This document shows, piece by piece, positions 12,935-24,844 of a stretch of 64,000 bases of DNA. The notes beneath the pieces were generated by a model, which was given only the letters and a program-made list of their open reading frames with translations, had not been told where the DNA came from and searched no databases. Both the position numbers and the translations under genes were made by a program. Source of the stretch: Octopus sinensis (taxonomy: Eukaryota); NCBI RefSeq assembly GCF_006345805.1, contig NC_043018.1, forward strand, positions 2,170,001 to 2,234,000, read 5' to 3'. How positions within the stretch are numbered: the stretch's first letter is position 1; each line of letters opens with the position of its first letter.

Positions 12935-13358
12935 TAATTATTTATGCTGGGGCATCACTTTGAAGAATATTTTGTCAAATGAATCGACCCCTTGTAATAT
13001 TTATTTTGGCACTTATTCGATCTGCTTCTTTCTCCGAACCGCTAAGTTACGGGGGCATAAACAAACTAAGACCGGTTGTCAAGCAGTGGTGGGAGACAAA
13101 TACAGACACAAAGTCACACAAACGCACACACGCACACACATATACGCACACACATATACGCACACACATATACGCACACACATTATACGCACACACATAT
13201 ACGACGGATTTGTTTCAGTTTCTGTCTACGAAATCCACTGAAAAACCTTTGGTTGACCCGAGGGTATAGTAGGAGACACCTACCAAAAGTGCCACGCAGT
13301 TGAATTGAACCATGAACCATGTGGTTGGGAAGCAAGTTTCTTACCGCACAGCCACGGC
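12935..13358 (-). mobile_element. tRNA-derived SINE (family A) with internal 14-bp minisatellite
   Basis: CCGAACCGCTAAGTTACGGGG, ACGACGGATTTGTTTCAG and GTGCCACGCAGTTGAATTGAACC. Internal (CGCACACACATATA) x5 at 13131-13201. Confidence 0.85.
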
Positions 13359-14405
13359 TACTAAAATACTTTTCACCCACGGGATTCATTTTCCTTTGTC
13401 CTTTCGTCGTGGAAACTTTTAAAGTTAATCTTAATTTTATAAAACACGAGAAAGTTCCACTATTTAAATACTGGCTGGCTCCACGTCATCATTCGATCTG
13501 CCATCAGTAGCAGCCATCTTCTTCTTGAAATCAATTTCTAGTGCAGTAAAAAACCGAATCACACAAACGCTGTTAGGTAATGCGAGAGAGCCTCAAAGTG
13601 GCTGCAAAAGCGCTGATTAATACCATTCCTCAGTCACAACCGACCACCTCATCGTCTATGATAAGTTGATCCCATATGGCCCAACTACAATTACAGAACC
13701 AAATATATTGAACAGTATGTTTCTACTCTCTTATGGAATAACACATGATTTCTAAGTGAAGCTACTGAAAATCTGGACACCTGGCATTTTAAAGAGACAG
13801 TTTTACTTTTCCCCGTGGAATATTACAAGACATGTAAACTAATTAAGCTTGCCAAAAACGATAATTAAGTTAGTATTTTATTCTTTGTATTTTTACATTT
13901 ATTTTTAGGCGTTTCGTTTTTCAATTCCTCTTTCCGTCAGAGAGAGAAAGAACAACAAAAAAAAATTTAACAGCCGAGTCTCAAAAATTCGACAGTCATA
14001 TGAATACACTTGTGAGCGGTTACGTCAGACAGTCTTGAACAGAGTACAAATCACGAAAACAGATATATATACACATGCGTATAAGTGTAGTCTTAGCTAT
14101 GTGACTAAGAAAACCATTTGTAAACCATGTGACGTCTCGTTCGGAGACGTCGCCTGGCATCATACGTTGTTAAGAGTTTTTTACGAGAGCGTCGTGCTGA
14201 TCACAACAATGAAAGACAAAAAATTGTCCGGAAGGCATATCAATGCGCGCGCACAGACACACGCTCGCATGCACACACACACACATACCCGTACAGAAAC
14301 GCCACCTGCTTGCACACACAGACCTACGTACTCACACATGCACACACAAATGTGTATGTATGTACATCTCTCTCTATATATATATACATACATTTACACA
14401 ACACT

Positions 14406-14441
<36 letters not shown>

Positions 14442-14521
14442 CATCTACATATCAATGAATATATTCATATATGTAAACGAACATATATTCTTCTCCTTCC
14501 TCTTCTTTTCTTCTTCTTCTT

Positions 14522-14607
<86 letters not shown>

Positions 14608-14617
14608 GTTATCATTA

Positions 14618-14674
<57 letters not shown>

Positions 14675-14687
14675 GTATCATTATTAT

Positions 14688-15372
14688 AGATGTTGCACAG
14701 TATACAATATCCTGAGACTGTTGTTCGAAGATATTGTGTCTACCGCGGCTTTGTACTCTCTCTGAAGTCACAACAAGGACCTCAGACTGACAGTACTTTA
14801 CGCAATATGCGTGCAGTTCCAAGTAATGCCGACACTTGCAATATATCTAGATTGTAAGGTATTTCTAAGATCTTCAGATATTTTTTTCAGGTTGGGTAGT
14901 ATTGAACCCAATACCCCGATAACAATAGGGATAACCTTTATATTTGACTCGCATAGCTGCCACATCTTAGCGATCTCAATTCTCAGGTCTCCATATTTAT
15001 CAACCATTTCTCTTTCTTTCATGATGATGTGTTGATCTCCTGGCACTGCAACATCGATTATTAGGCACTCTTGTTTTAGACACTAAAGGTTACTATATCA
15101 AAATCTCAGAGGCTTTTTCCTTCTCCTTTTCGTCCATTACCTATTCCGATGTATCTTGGTACCAAGCAGCCGTAACCTCATAGCCATACTTACGGAATAA
15201 TAACCAGTGGAGGTTTTGGTCTACCTTTTTGTGTCTAACTTTGTACTCTTCTGCGCAAGACTTTCACAAGCACTGACAATGTGAGTCACGCTTTCGACCC
15301 TCTTCTTGCACATTCTGCTGAGATCCGTTGCTCTTCTGAGGTATATATTCTTTTTCACTGAGTTGGTTTCCA
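14688..15372 (-). pseudogene. R4/Dong-type retrotransposon 3' end: zinc knuckle, restriction-like endonuclease and 3' UTR
   Basis: Minus strand reads SRMCKKRVESVTHIVSAC (decayed CCHC), PGDQHIIMKEREMVDKYGDLRIEIAKMW, VIPIVIGVLGS and LQVSALLGTARILRKVLSV*. Flanked by (AAT)n on both sides. Confidence 0.9.
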
Positions 15373-15477
<105 letters not shown>

Positions 15478-15502
15478 TACATTATTTATATTCTTATTGT
15501 TA

Positions 15503-15554
<52 letters not shown>

Positions 15555-15567
15555 CTTTATTATTAAA

Positions 15568-15745
15568 GAGGCTAGCTGGCAAAATCGTTAGCATGCCGGG
15601 CGAAATGCTTAGCAGCATTATACATACCGCTACGTTCTGAGTTCAAATTCCTCCCAGGTCTACTTTCCCTTTCATCCTTTTGGGTGAATTAACTACAAGT
15701 AAAACACTGGGTCGATGCAATCGACTTGTCCCCTCCACCAAAATG
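15568..15745 (+). mobile_element. tRNA-derived SINE (family B)
   Basis: AGCTGGCAAAATCGTTAGCATGCCGGGCGAAATGCTTAGC, GAGTTCAAATTCC (B box) and GGGTCGATGCAATCGACTT. Homologous to 37296-37505 and 44595-44775. Confidence 0.8.
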
Positions 15746-17416
15746 AGGGATTTTTAAGGGAATATGGAGGAGTTCCTTTGAGATCGGGCAATGGAAGTTT
15801 GGGGTCAGTTTTCTAACATGTCTATAAATTTGAGTCTATATTAGTGAGTGTGGGGACACGAGTTTGTTGAATTCATAAACAATGCACATATGAGAATTTT
15901 GAATATTTGATTCTAGATGGCAAATATAAAGAAAAAGTGTAGGAGGTGTTTTCTGTGAAGGTTGATTTGATGACAGGAGAAAAGAGTTCAAGCTTTCTAT
16001 GTGCTCCAATAAAACAGTTGCGGAAGCCATAAGGCCGACAGGATTTCTTTGCTCACCTGTTCAAAGGATGCTTACCTATCGAATTCACCAAATTGTTTGC
16101 GAAGGTATTGAATGTGTGTATGTGTGAGCGAGTGGGAAAGATGGAGAGAGAGAGGGAAATAGAGAGAGAAAGAGGCAGAGGGAGAGAGAGAAAGATGGAT
16201 AGATGGCGTGTGTGTATCGGTGTTGTGTTTCGATTGCTTAACAGTTAATTTTTCCAGTAATGTTAGTAATAAAAACATCATTATTAATAATGTCAAGTGA
16301 TTAATTGTTTTGGTTCATCTGGGAAGGTAATGTTTTTAATAAAAGAATTCTCAGATTTTTTTTTTCTTGTTCTATCATAGCATTTACACGTTTAAATTTG
16401 GGGCTTCTTTTATTTCCCGTTGAACGAAACCAACTAATCACGGGATATCATTAATGATAATGTTCTTAATACAGTTAATAAATTACTTGGGTAATTAACC
16501 ACTAAACAGTCAGTGTACGACACACACATACGAACGCTCATTCACACACACTCGATCACATTCACACACATATAGTATCACACACGCAAGCTCATACACA
16601 CGATCGCATAATACACTTCAGTACACATTCTCACACACGCAATTATGAACACATACACACTCACACACGCATACGAACACATATACATACTCACAAACAC
16701 ACCTACAAACATATAAATACACATACATATTTAACAGTTTTCCCAAGCAGTTTAGTGCATTTTGCAGCTAAGCAACCACTGAACAAATAACCAAATAAGA
16801 AAAAAAAAAGCTAACAAAGAGAAAGAAAAAATAACTCACCAGCCATTTAATGATTTATCGCAATTGATAAAAAGTTTAAAATGTTTTGACCGGTCATCAA
16901 AATTAACCATCACAGAAAACACTTTATTTTTATATATATTTTGTCTTTCTCTAACCAAGCCTCCAAAAATCTCATGTGCTTGGTACAGAAAGTTACCATA
17001 CAGACATACACACTCACGTACATGCACGTGTAAATACAAAATGACAAAGAACATCTCTAATAGCTGCTATCAAACATCCTTTTCCAAAACCCCAGAAAAC
17101 AAATCGAATTCTTTACTTTTTCAAACCACTTATATTGAAAGGACAAAAAAAGAAACTTATCATTCATGACGAATCTTCGAAGGGGAAGAAAGTGTTCAAT
17201 AACAAAGCATCAAATCGGATTCTGACTTCTTCCACTTAATAATGCATAAATTCAGTACAACACATAGCTGTGCCGCAAGACGTTTGGTTCCCAACCACAT
17301 GATTCTGGGTTCAGTTTCACTGCGTGGCACCTTGGTTAAGTGTCCTCTACTGTTGCTTCGGGCCTACTAAATCCTTGTGAGTGTATTTGTTTGACGGAAA
17401 CTGAGAAAAACCTATC

Positions 17417-17455
<39 letters not shown>

Positions 17456-17540
17456 TAAAAACGGTAAGATAAGAAAAGAAAGTGACCTCAATATTATGTG
17501 TGACCTCAATATTATGTAATAGAATAATTTATCTGTAAAA

Positions 17541-17710
17541 ATAATATGTGACAATTATACGGTAACCAAGATAAAACTCTGAGTTTCGGATGCCGAGGTG
17601 GAAATCCACACCACCATCTCTTCAGTTATCAAGATGGCCAGGTGGATTTCCAACTCGGCATCCGAAACTCAGAGTTTTATCTTGGTTACCGTATAATGTC
17701 ACATATTATT
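17541..17710. repeat. Fold-back inverted repeat of a PLE-type terminal sequence
   Basis: ATAATATGTGACAATTATACGGTAACCAAGATAAAACTCTGAGTTTCGGATGCCGAGGTGGAAATCCAC is mirrored at about 17642-17709 with one indel and one mismatch over about 68 bp. Confidence 0.95.
17570..17630 (-). ncRNA. Type I hammerhead ribozyme with canonical core
   Basis: GATAA / CTGAAGA / GATG..CATC (plus one C) / GAA / ACTC-A-GAGT / T / TTATC. Five-bp helix I, intact core, quasi-palindromic helix III, GUU triplet. Confidence 0.75.
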
Positions 17711-17754
17711 TTACACACACACACACACCACACACATATATATATATAATATAT

Positions 17755-17786
<32 letters not shown>

Positions 17787-17944
17787 ATATATATATATAT
17801 GTATATATGAATGTATGTCTGTGTTTGATACCACCTCCACCACTTGCCACCAGTGTTGGCGGTTTTATAACCCCGTAAATTAGCGGTTCGTCAAAAGAGA
17901 CCGTGGTCCATTTTTAGTAAAAGAACGTTCTGGAGGATGGTGTT

Positions 17945-18375
17945 GAAGGCCGCATAATTATGAGAATGTGTATGGTAGGGTTTTGTGTTGTAATTCATTC
18001 TTTGGTGTGGAATGTCTGAGATCGTGGAAGTTGCGCTGTAGGGCACGTTGAAAACCTATATCTGTTAGTTTTGATGGGTAATTCCTACTGATGAGAGTAT
18101 CCTTTAGCTCATGTAGTCGTGTGTTCTTGGTGCTTGTATCAGATACTATAGTACACATCCTTTCTGCCAGGTTCAGAAGGATACTCATTCTAGCGTGTCT
18201 GGCGTGGCATGAGTTGATCAGTAGATACTGCTTGGAATCTGTGGGCTTATAGAATATGTCTGTTTCTATTTTGCTGTTGTATTTCTTAATGAGAATGTCG
18301 AGGAAATGAAGTTGTTCATGGCTATATTCCATCGTAAATTGAATGTTTGTATCAAATCCATTTAGAAGTGCTTGA
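17945..18375 (-). pseudogene. Penelope-like element RT C-terminal (domain 6-7/thumb) fragment
   Basis: NIQFTMEYSHEQLHFLDILI, TDIFYKPTDSKQYLLINSCH and NLAERMCTIVSD..TRLHELKDTLISRNYP are typical PLE RT motifs. Confidence 0.9.
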
Positions 18376-18379
18376 AACG

Positions 18380-18845
18380 CTTTAAGTCTCTCTATACATC
18401 CATGCCAAAGAATGAAACACATGAAAAACTAACACCTGACCAAATGAACATACACTCGAAAGGGCTCAAATTTAGACCCACACCAACGCCAAAGGCAAAA
18501 CGAAATGAAAGAAGACGTTGCAGAATTTTTGTAGAAAATTATGACTCACCGGGGAATTATACGACAAATACAACTTCTAAAATATAAGCCCACGGATTGC
18601 AAGCAATATCTACCGTTCAACTCGTACCATCCCAGACACAACAATAATGAATATCCCTGTCAACCTGGCCAAAAAGATTTGCACGATTTTCACAACACAC
18701 GACTACATGAGCTAAAGGATGCAGTAATCAACAGGAATTACCCACCATTATTTATTATTATAGGTTTTCAACGTGCCCTACAGCTCAACAGCCACGAACT
18801 CAGACAAAGAACCTACCTATTAGAAAACAATGGAAATATATACAA
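18380..18845 (+). pseudogene. Internally deleted Penelope-like element fragment, inverted relative to its neighbour
   Basis: N-terminal motif LTPDQMNIHSKGLKFRPTP is joined almost directly to YKPTDCKQYLPFNSYHPRH..NTRLHELKDAVINRNYP. The RT core is missing. Confidence 0.85.
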
Positions 18846-19051
18846 AACATTTCATTTAATATTTTCTTCAATTTAATTGTTATTCTTCTTAATATCCGTC
18901 TTTGTTTTACTCCTATCTGAAAAGACAGAAACTGGTACTAACTTTACAAAATGTATTTCATGACAAAATTACTTTAGCATTTTATACCTTGTCGTGTGTG
19001 TGTATGTATATACCAGTGTCTGTACGCATATATATATATATATATACACAC

Positions 19052-19096
<45 letters not shown>

Positions 19097-19099
<3 letters not shown>

Positions 19100-19400
19100 C
19101 CCCGGGCCAACCAATGCCTTGTGAGTGGATTTGGTAGACAGAAACTGAAAGAAGCCTGTCGTATATATGTATATATATATATGTGTGTATGTGTGTGTGT
19201 GTGTCTGTGTTTGTCCCCCTAGCATTGCTTGACAACCGATGCTGGTGTGTTTACGTCCCTGTCACTTAGCGGTTCGGCAAAATAGACCGATAGAATAAGT
19301 ACTGGGCTTACAAAAGAATAAGTCCCGGGATCGATTTGCTCGACTAAAGGCGGTGCTCCAGCATGGCCGCAGTCAAATGACTGAAACAAGTAAAAACAAA
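19097..19400 (+). mobile_element. tRNA-derived SINE (family A), 5' truncated
   Basis: GCCTTGTGAGTGGATTTGGTAGACAGAAACTG through GGCGGTGCTCCAGCATGGCCGCAGTCAAATGACTGAAACAAGT. Confidence 0.9.
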
Positions 19401-19569
19401 AACAAACAAAAACATACATATATATATATATAAATGCGTGAAAGAAGGAACTGTGCTTATGTTTACGATTCATGAAATGTCAATGCGATAAATAGAAGCG
19501 CTAAATGATGAACCTGGTCCATTATACAGAGGCAACGCTCTTGAAAAATTAGCAAGGAACTAAGGAAGT

Positions 19570-19815
19570 ATGAAGGCGTATGACTCAATAGCTTGAGCAT
19601 TGGGTTCACAATCATGAGTTAGTGAGGTCGAATCCTAGTCTGGGTTGTGTGCTGTGTTCGTGAGCGAGACACTTTATTTCCTGTTGCTAGAGTTCTCTCA
19701 GGTGTAGGAATGAATTGTGATGTCACTGATGAAAAGCTGTATCGGACTTCGCGTTTCTCGTGAACAACATCGGTGACGTGCATGGGCGAATACTGGTCAT
19801 CCATGAACAAACTTG
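19570..19815 (+). mobile_element. tRNA-derived SINE (family C), diverged
   Basis: GAAGGCGTATGACTCAATAGCTT, GGTCGAATCC and GAGCGAGACACTTTATTTC, colinear with 645-979. Confidence 0.7.
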
Positions 19816-20194
19816 CCTGTATTTCTCTAGGAGCTCTTCACCTTTTACTTCATACATATACATACATACATACATACATATGCGACATGGAGAGATGGCT
19901 TATCTGGAAAAGCAGCTTTGACCCTACTACATATCTAAATACAAGGACAGAGCTTTTCGGATCATGCCCACATGTGACTAAATTTCTGTTACGTTTTTGG
20001 TCCCCTAAGAAACAGATAGAACATGCTTTCTATGTTATGTCCCAAGAAGAATTTATATTTTTTATATATATTTTTTATGTTTTTTATATAATTTTTATGA
20101 CGAAAAATGCGAGCGATGTATAAGTACGCAGGCAAGTAGAGTTATAACACAGTAATTACCCTTTATTTAACGGTATTTTTTCATAGCGTTTTCA

Positions 20195-20292
20195 AATAGC
20201 CAGATAATCGAAGAGATGGTGTTGTGGATTTCCACTTCGGCATCTGAAACTCAGAGTTTTATCTTGACTACCGAGTAATGTAACATATTATT
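20195..20292 (+). mobile_element. PLE-type terminal repeat copy with a mutated hammerhead core
   Basis: Same sequence as the 17541 hairpin. GATAA-TCGAAGA replaces GATAA-CTGAAGA, while GAAACTCAGAGTTTTATC is retained. Confidence 0.8.
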
Positions 20293-20862
20293 GTATATAT
20301 ATATATATATATACATATTTCATGCATATAATGTATGTGCGTGCAATAACAATCTGATATACTTCTAGTTCAGAGAATCTCTGTGTAATTGATATTACTG
20401 AGTGAAATTTAGTTAGTAAATTCCAGGGGGGTCGGGATCTCTCTACCTCAATCTATTTAAATAATTCAGTAATACCGTGCTTCAGCCAGTGTCTTTCAAG
20501 AATTACTGTCTTGCTATTTCGGAAGAATCTATTAGACCAATGTAAAGGTCTCTCATCTTTTAATTACATTGTTGATACGGGCATGAACATATGGTTGAGA
20601 TGTTCGTTTTGCTACAACGTGCTTTCAGTGATGCTGTTCGACACTTTGGGCAATTATCCTCTGCCATAAACCCGGGCTAAACCGATGCCTTGTGTATTAA
20701 TTTAGTACAGAAACACTGAGTGGAATATATATATATATATATATATATTATGTGTGTGTGTGTGTGTGTGGTGTGTGTGTGTGTATGTGTGTGTGTGTAT
20801 ATGTGTGTGTGTGATTATATAGATATAGATATATATACACATATTCATATATGTATATGTTC

Positions 20863-20936
<74 letters not shown>

Positions 20937-22692
20937 AGCCTCTCTGTGCTTGTTGTTTGCTTGTATGTATTTGCGCGTGTGTGTTTGTGTTTGTGTTTGT
21001 GTTTGTGTTTGTCCGTCTGTACTGCACAAGCGTTGTTGTTTTGTATACGTTTCCCCTAAAATACGGCTGGAATACAGAAATCCATAAAATTATAGCCAGA
21101 AATAAAACTATGAAATCTTGGTGCCGATTTGTTCAACTGAAGCATCAAAGGGAACCCCAGGGTAGCTAAAGTCCAAAGATTGAAACAAAAACATACAAAA
21201 GATACTATTTCAAAACTGGATGTGGTTAGTCCCTCCCTCGCTGTCTAACAATGACGTTTCTTCAGTTTCTTGCTGGGAAACCTGTACTAAATGATTGGTT
21301 TATTGCGTGTTCTTTACATGAGCTCACCCACTTCCATCAAATCAACGTCTCCTGATCGGGTACCCGTTACAACATGCCAGGTAGCCACATGATCAAAAAC
21401 ACAATATGGAAAATGGTTCAGGAATTGAAACTACGATATCACGATCGTGCGGGCAAAACCGTAACCACCAAGCCATGCAACAACTTTACATTTTTAGAAA
21501 TTATGTACAATGCAGATGAAGGTGAAAACCGTAATCGACCTTGCTTATTTAATTCCGTTTTCTTTGAATTTTGTGGCTCCATGCTCATATCCGATCGTTT
21601 GCTGAAGAAAGAATAAAGAAACCAAACCTATTTTCTGTCGTCTTTTTCATATTTAAGAAAGAAATATATGTACTGTATCCACGTGAAGGCTAACAAGTTT
21701 ACGAAAGAAACCTATTATTTTCAATTTCGACAGCATTCATGCACTAGATTATAATACGAAGACTCATACGTATACATTTTTATATGTGTGTATGTATTAC
21801 GTATTATCCATGTACGTTTGTATGTATGTAAGCATGCATGCATATATGTATGCATGTATGTACGTATGTGTATATGTATGTATATATATTTTGGGGAGTG
21901 CGTGTATGTATATATGTATCTATATATGTGTGTGTATATATCACTCTATATTCATACACATATATATGTATTTATATATCTATGCGTATGTATGTTTTTA
22001 TAAACATTTCTGCATTGTGTAATATACTGTTGATTGAATGTATATAAGATGCATTCCATTCTTGGAAGTTTCATTTCAATAGACATTCAATACATAACAT
22101 CAAATACAGGAACACCACCTTCCTCGCGTCCGCGCAATTTGTAAAAACAAGAGCCAGCTCACTGACAGGTGTGTATGTTTGACGACCAGTTACTTCTAAT
22201 GTTTCTCTTTCATTTCTTTCAGTGAAGTACCCAGTAGACAATCCACCCCTTTTCCAAGTAAATTGCTGTGCAAACAATTCAATTGTGATTTTCTAAAACA
22301 TTTTCTATTCTAAGTGTCGCCGTACCACTTCAGGATCGAGCATAAACGCACCTCGCATTTAAATATTGCGTGACTTCGTTGTTTCATTCTAAACAATTGC
22401 GAGGTCGTGACCGATTAATTTCAACAATTACAGCATTTACACAGTTGAAGCGCATGTGCAGACACGCAGACACCCCCCTTACACACCCATACATAAACGT
22501 ATATCGATAATGTATATGTATGTATATATGGATCTCTCTCTCTCTCCCTCTCTCCTATATATATATATATATGGATCTATGCATGTGGATATATACATAT
22601 GTATATAAATATGTGTATATAGATACGTATGAGTACCGATAAAACATTAAATACATGTGTATAATCCATATATATATATATATATGTATTTA

Positions 22693-22746
<54 letters not shown>

Positions 22747-22761
22747 ATACATACACACACA

Positions 22762-22800
<39 letters not shown>

Positions 22801-23640
22801 ACACACGCATATATATATACACATATATCACGGAATGAAGAGAAGCGTCAAGCTGTGAATGATTGAATTTCTGAAGAGCAAATGAACTTCTTTAGCGATT
22901 TGTCACTTAAAACAATTTGAACAGGCAATCTTTGTTGTAAGGAAGGATCTATCAGCAATCCACTCTCTTATTGCTAATTTCCTTAGTGCTGCTTAGTTTC
23001 CGTTTGTACAGTTGATACCCGTCAGCTTTTGCTTTCCTATACTTTTTTTTATTATTTTCGTTAGTGAAGCTCTAAGAATATTTATTGTGTTCACAGCATT
23101 GTGCATTAGAATTTAGCTAATCGTAAGGACCCTCAACCATGCACTTCAAAAGCGTTTTGTTAAAGCATTGGCTCAATATATGGATTAGATATTTCTGCTC
23201 GCATTCCTTTGTCCATTCTACGTTTTAAATATATTTGATATTTTTTTCTCCCTCCAATATGCTCAGAATATATACATTTTCCTCCGGGATATTGTTCAAT
23301 AAAACTGACAACTTTATCGTTAATGACTTTACCACAATATCTGTAATGTCATAAGGGAAGTATCCAGGAAGGAGGTTATCTTTAATATAATCTCAGAAGG
23401 GGTTGAATGTCAAAGTAATAAATATATCTAACTATCCTAAGTTTCACACCATCAAACACGACATGATGGTAGCGATCTTGCATATTGCACGAAGTTCCTA
23501 CAACTGATGTTAACAAAATGTCTGCGTGTATGTGTGTCTGTAGAAATATACGACCAAGTGAAATTAAATTACAAATACTCTCGATTAAATTGGTTATATC
23601 TAAATTAAGATTTGGCCTGAATTGCGACGGAGATGCTAAA

Positions 23641-23800
23641 TCTATATACATTAATGACAATTTCTGTTTGTGAGTTTGTGAATTCGGTACTTTAACTCCT
23701 CGGAGACTATCCAACCTGTCTTGATGAAACTTGACACGTGTGGAACTTATGCCCATGCGGTCACTTACGTACTTGGAATTTTTAAAAAATTGATAATTTT
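23641..23800 (+). mobile_element. Possible Helitron-type 5' end fragment
   Basis: A|TCTATATAC start resembles the 46012 element and is followed by a TTGATGAAACTTGAC subterminal-like motif. No matching CTAG|T end found. Confidence 0.4.
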
Positions 23801-24844
23801 TAATTAGCATCGATGTTTCAAAAATCAATATGACATTTCAATGCAAATTCGCATATGAGTGCTATTTTCTGCCATAACTTTTAAAGTTTACAATCGATTT
23901 TCTTAAACTTTTATATACAGATGGGATATACGCTAAGGATAGGTTAAGACAGATACATTTTTACCTAGGCCACTGAAGCAAAGTGTAAGAGGATTTTTGA
24001 TTAACTGATTAACGAAATTTGGCCTAAATTGTTATGGGGTTAAAATGTTAAATTATTTCAGCATTTTCACGTTGCTATAACTTGTATTTTCTTAACACCT
24101 GCACTTACAATTGTCGGTTCTAGCAGTTGCAATCGATATTTGATTCTCACAATCAGTGGAACTATACCCATGAAACACAGTCATCAAATTAAGTGCCTTT
24201 TCTCTAAATATTAAAGTATGACTGGGTACCTCAGCTAATATTCTCTCTATATATAACAAATACCAGTACTTATAGGTCCCGTTAATATATATATATATAT
24301 ATATATACACACACTCACTCCTACACCCACACTCACACACACGCATACACATATATCTTCTTGTACTTTTTGTTCTTCTAATTTTATTTCTGATTTGGTA
24401 TCACCATTGTCCTCTGTCATAGCCAAAATCTTAATTTAATCAGAAAGCATCCAGAAGTTTTCATCCAATTATATGTGTCCCATAATTTGTTTTCTTTCTT
24501 TTACTTGATTCTCTCATTACACTGCCGGTCATACTGGGGCACCATTTTGAAAACGTTTCGTCGAAAGAATCAGCCCTAGTAATTATTATGGCTACGAATC
24601 CTAATTCTATTGGTCTCTTTTTAACGGTCCCAGGGTTTATTGTGGTGTATGTAAATGTGTTTGTGTGTTTTTTTTAAGCATTTAGGAGGATGGTGTGTGT
24701 GCATGTGTGCACGTTTGTGTGTAGTTAATATTTGTTAGGGTGTTGTGTGTGCGCTAGTGTGTGTATGTGTTTGTTTGCATGTGTGTATGTGTGCGTCTGT
24801 TGGTGTTGTGTGTGTGTATTTATGTGTGTGATTGGTATTTGTTA

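Larger units (their letters stand above)
17268..17945 (+). mobile_element. Family A SINE split by a PLE-type palindrome in its central (TA)n
   Basis: Head at about 17268-17420 (GGGTTCAGTTTCACTGCGTGGCACCTTGG). Tail at about 17812-17945 (CCCCGTAAATTAGCGGTTCGTCAAAAGAGACCG). Confidence 0.7.

Noticed and set aside
17482-17517. 18-bp tandem duplication GTGACCTCAATATTATGT x2
   Set aside because: Simple slippage duplication with only two units and no spacer, so not CRISPR-like.
21245-21275. Minus-strand CTGAAGAAACGTC
   Set aside because: There is no helix II and no matching helix I.
21315-22260. Candidate host exons (21315-21430 on either strand; 22223-22257 after a strong pyrimidine tract)
   Set aside because: Only one convincing splice site each, no recognisable protein, and such sites are expected by chance in 64 kb.
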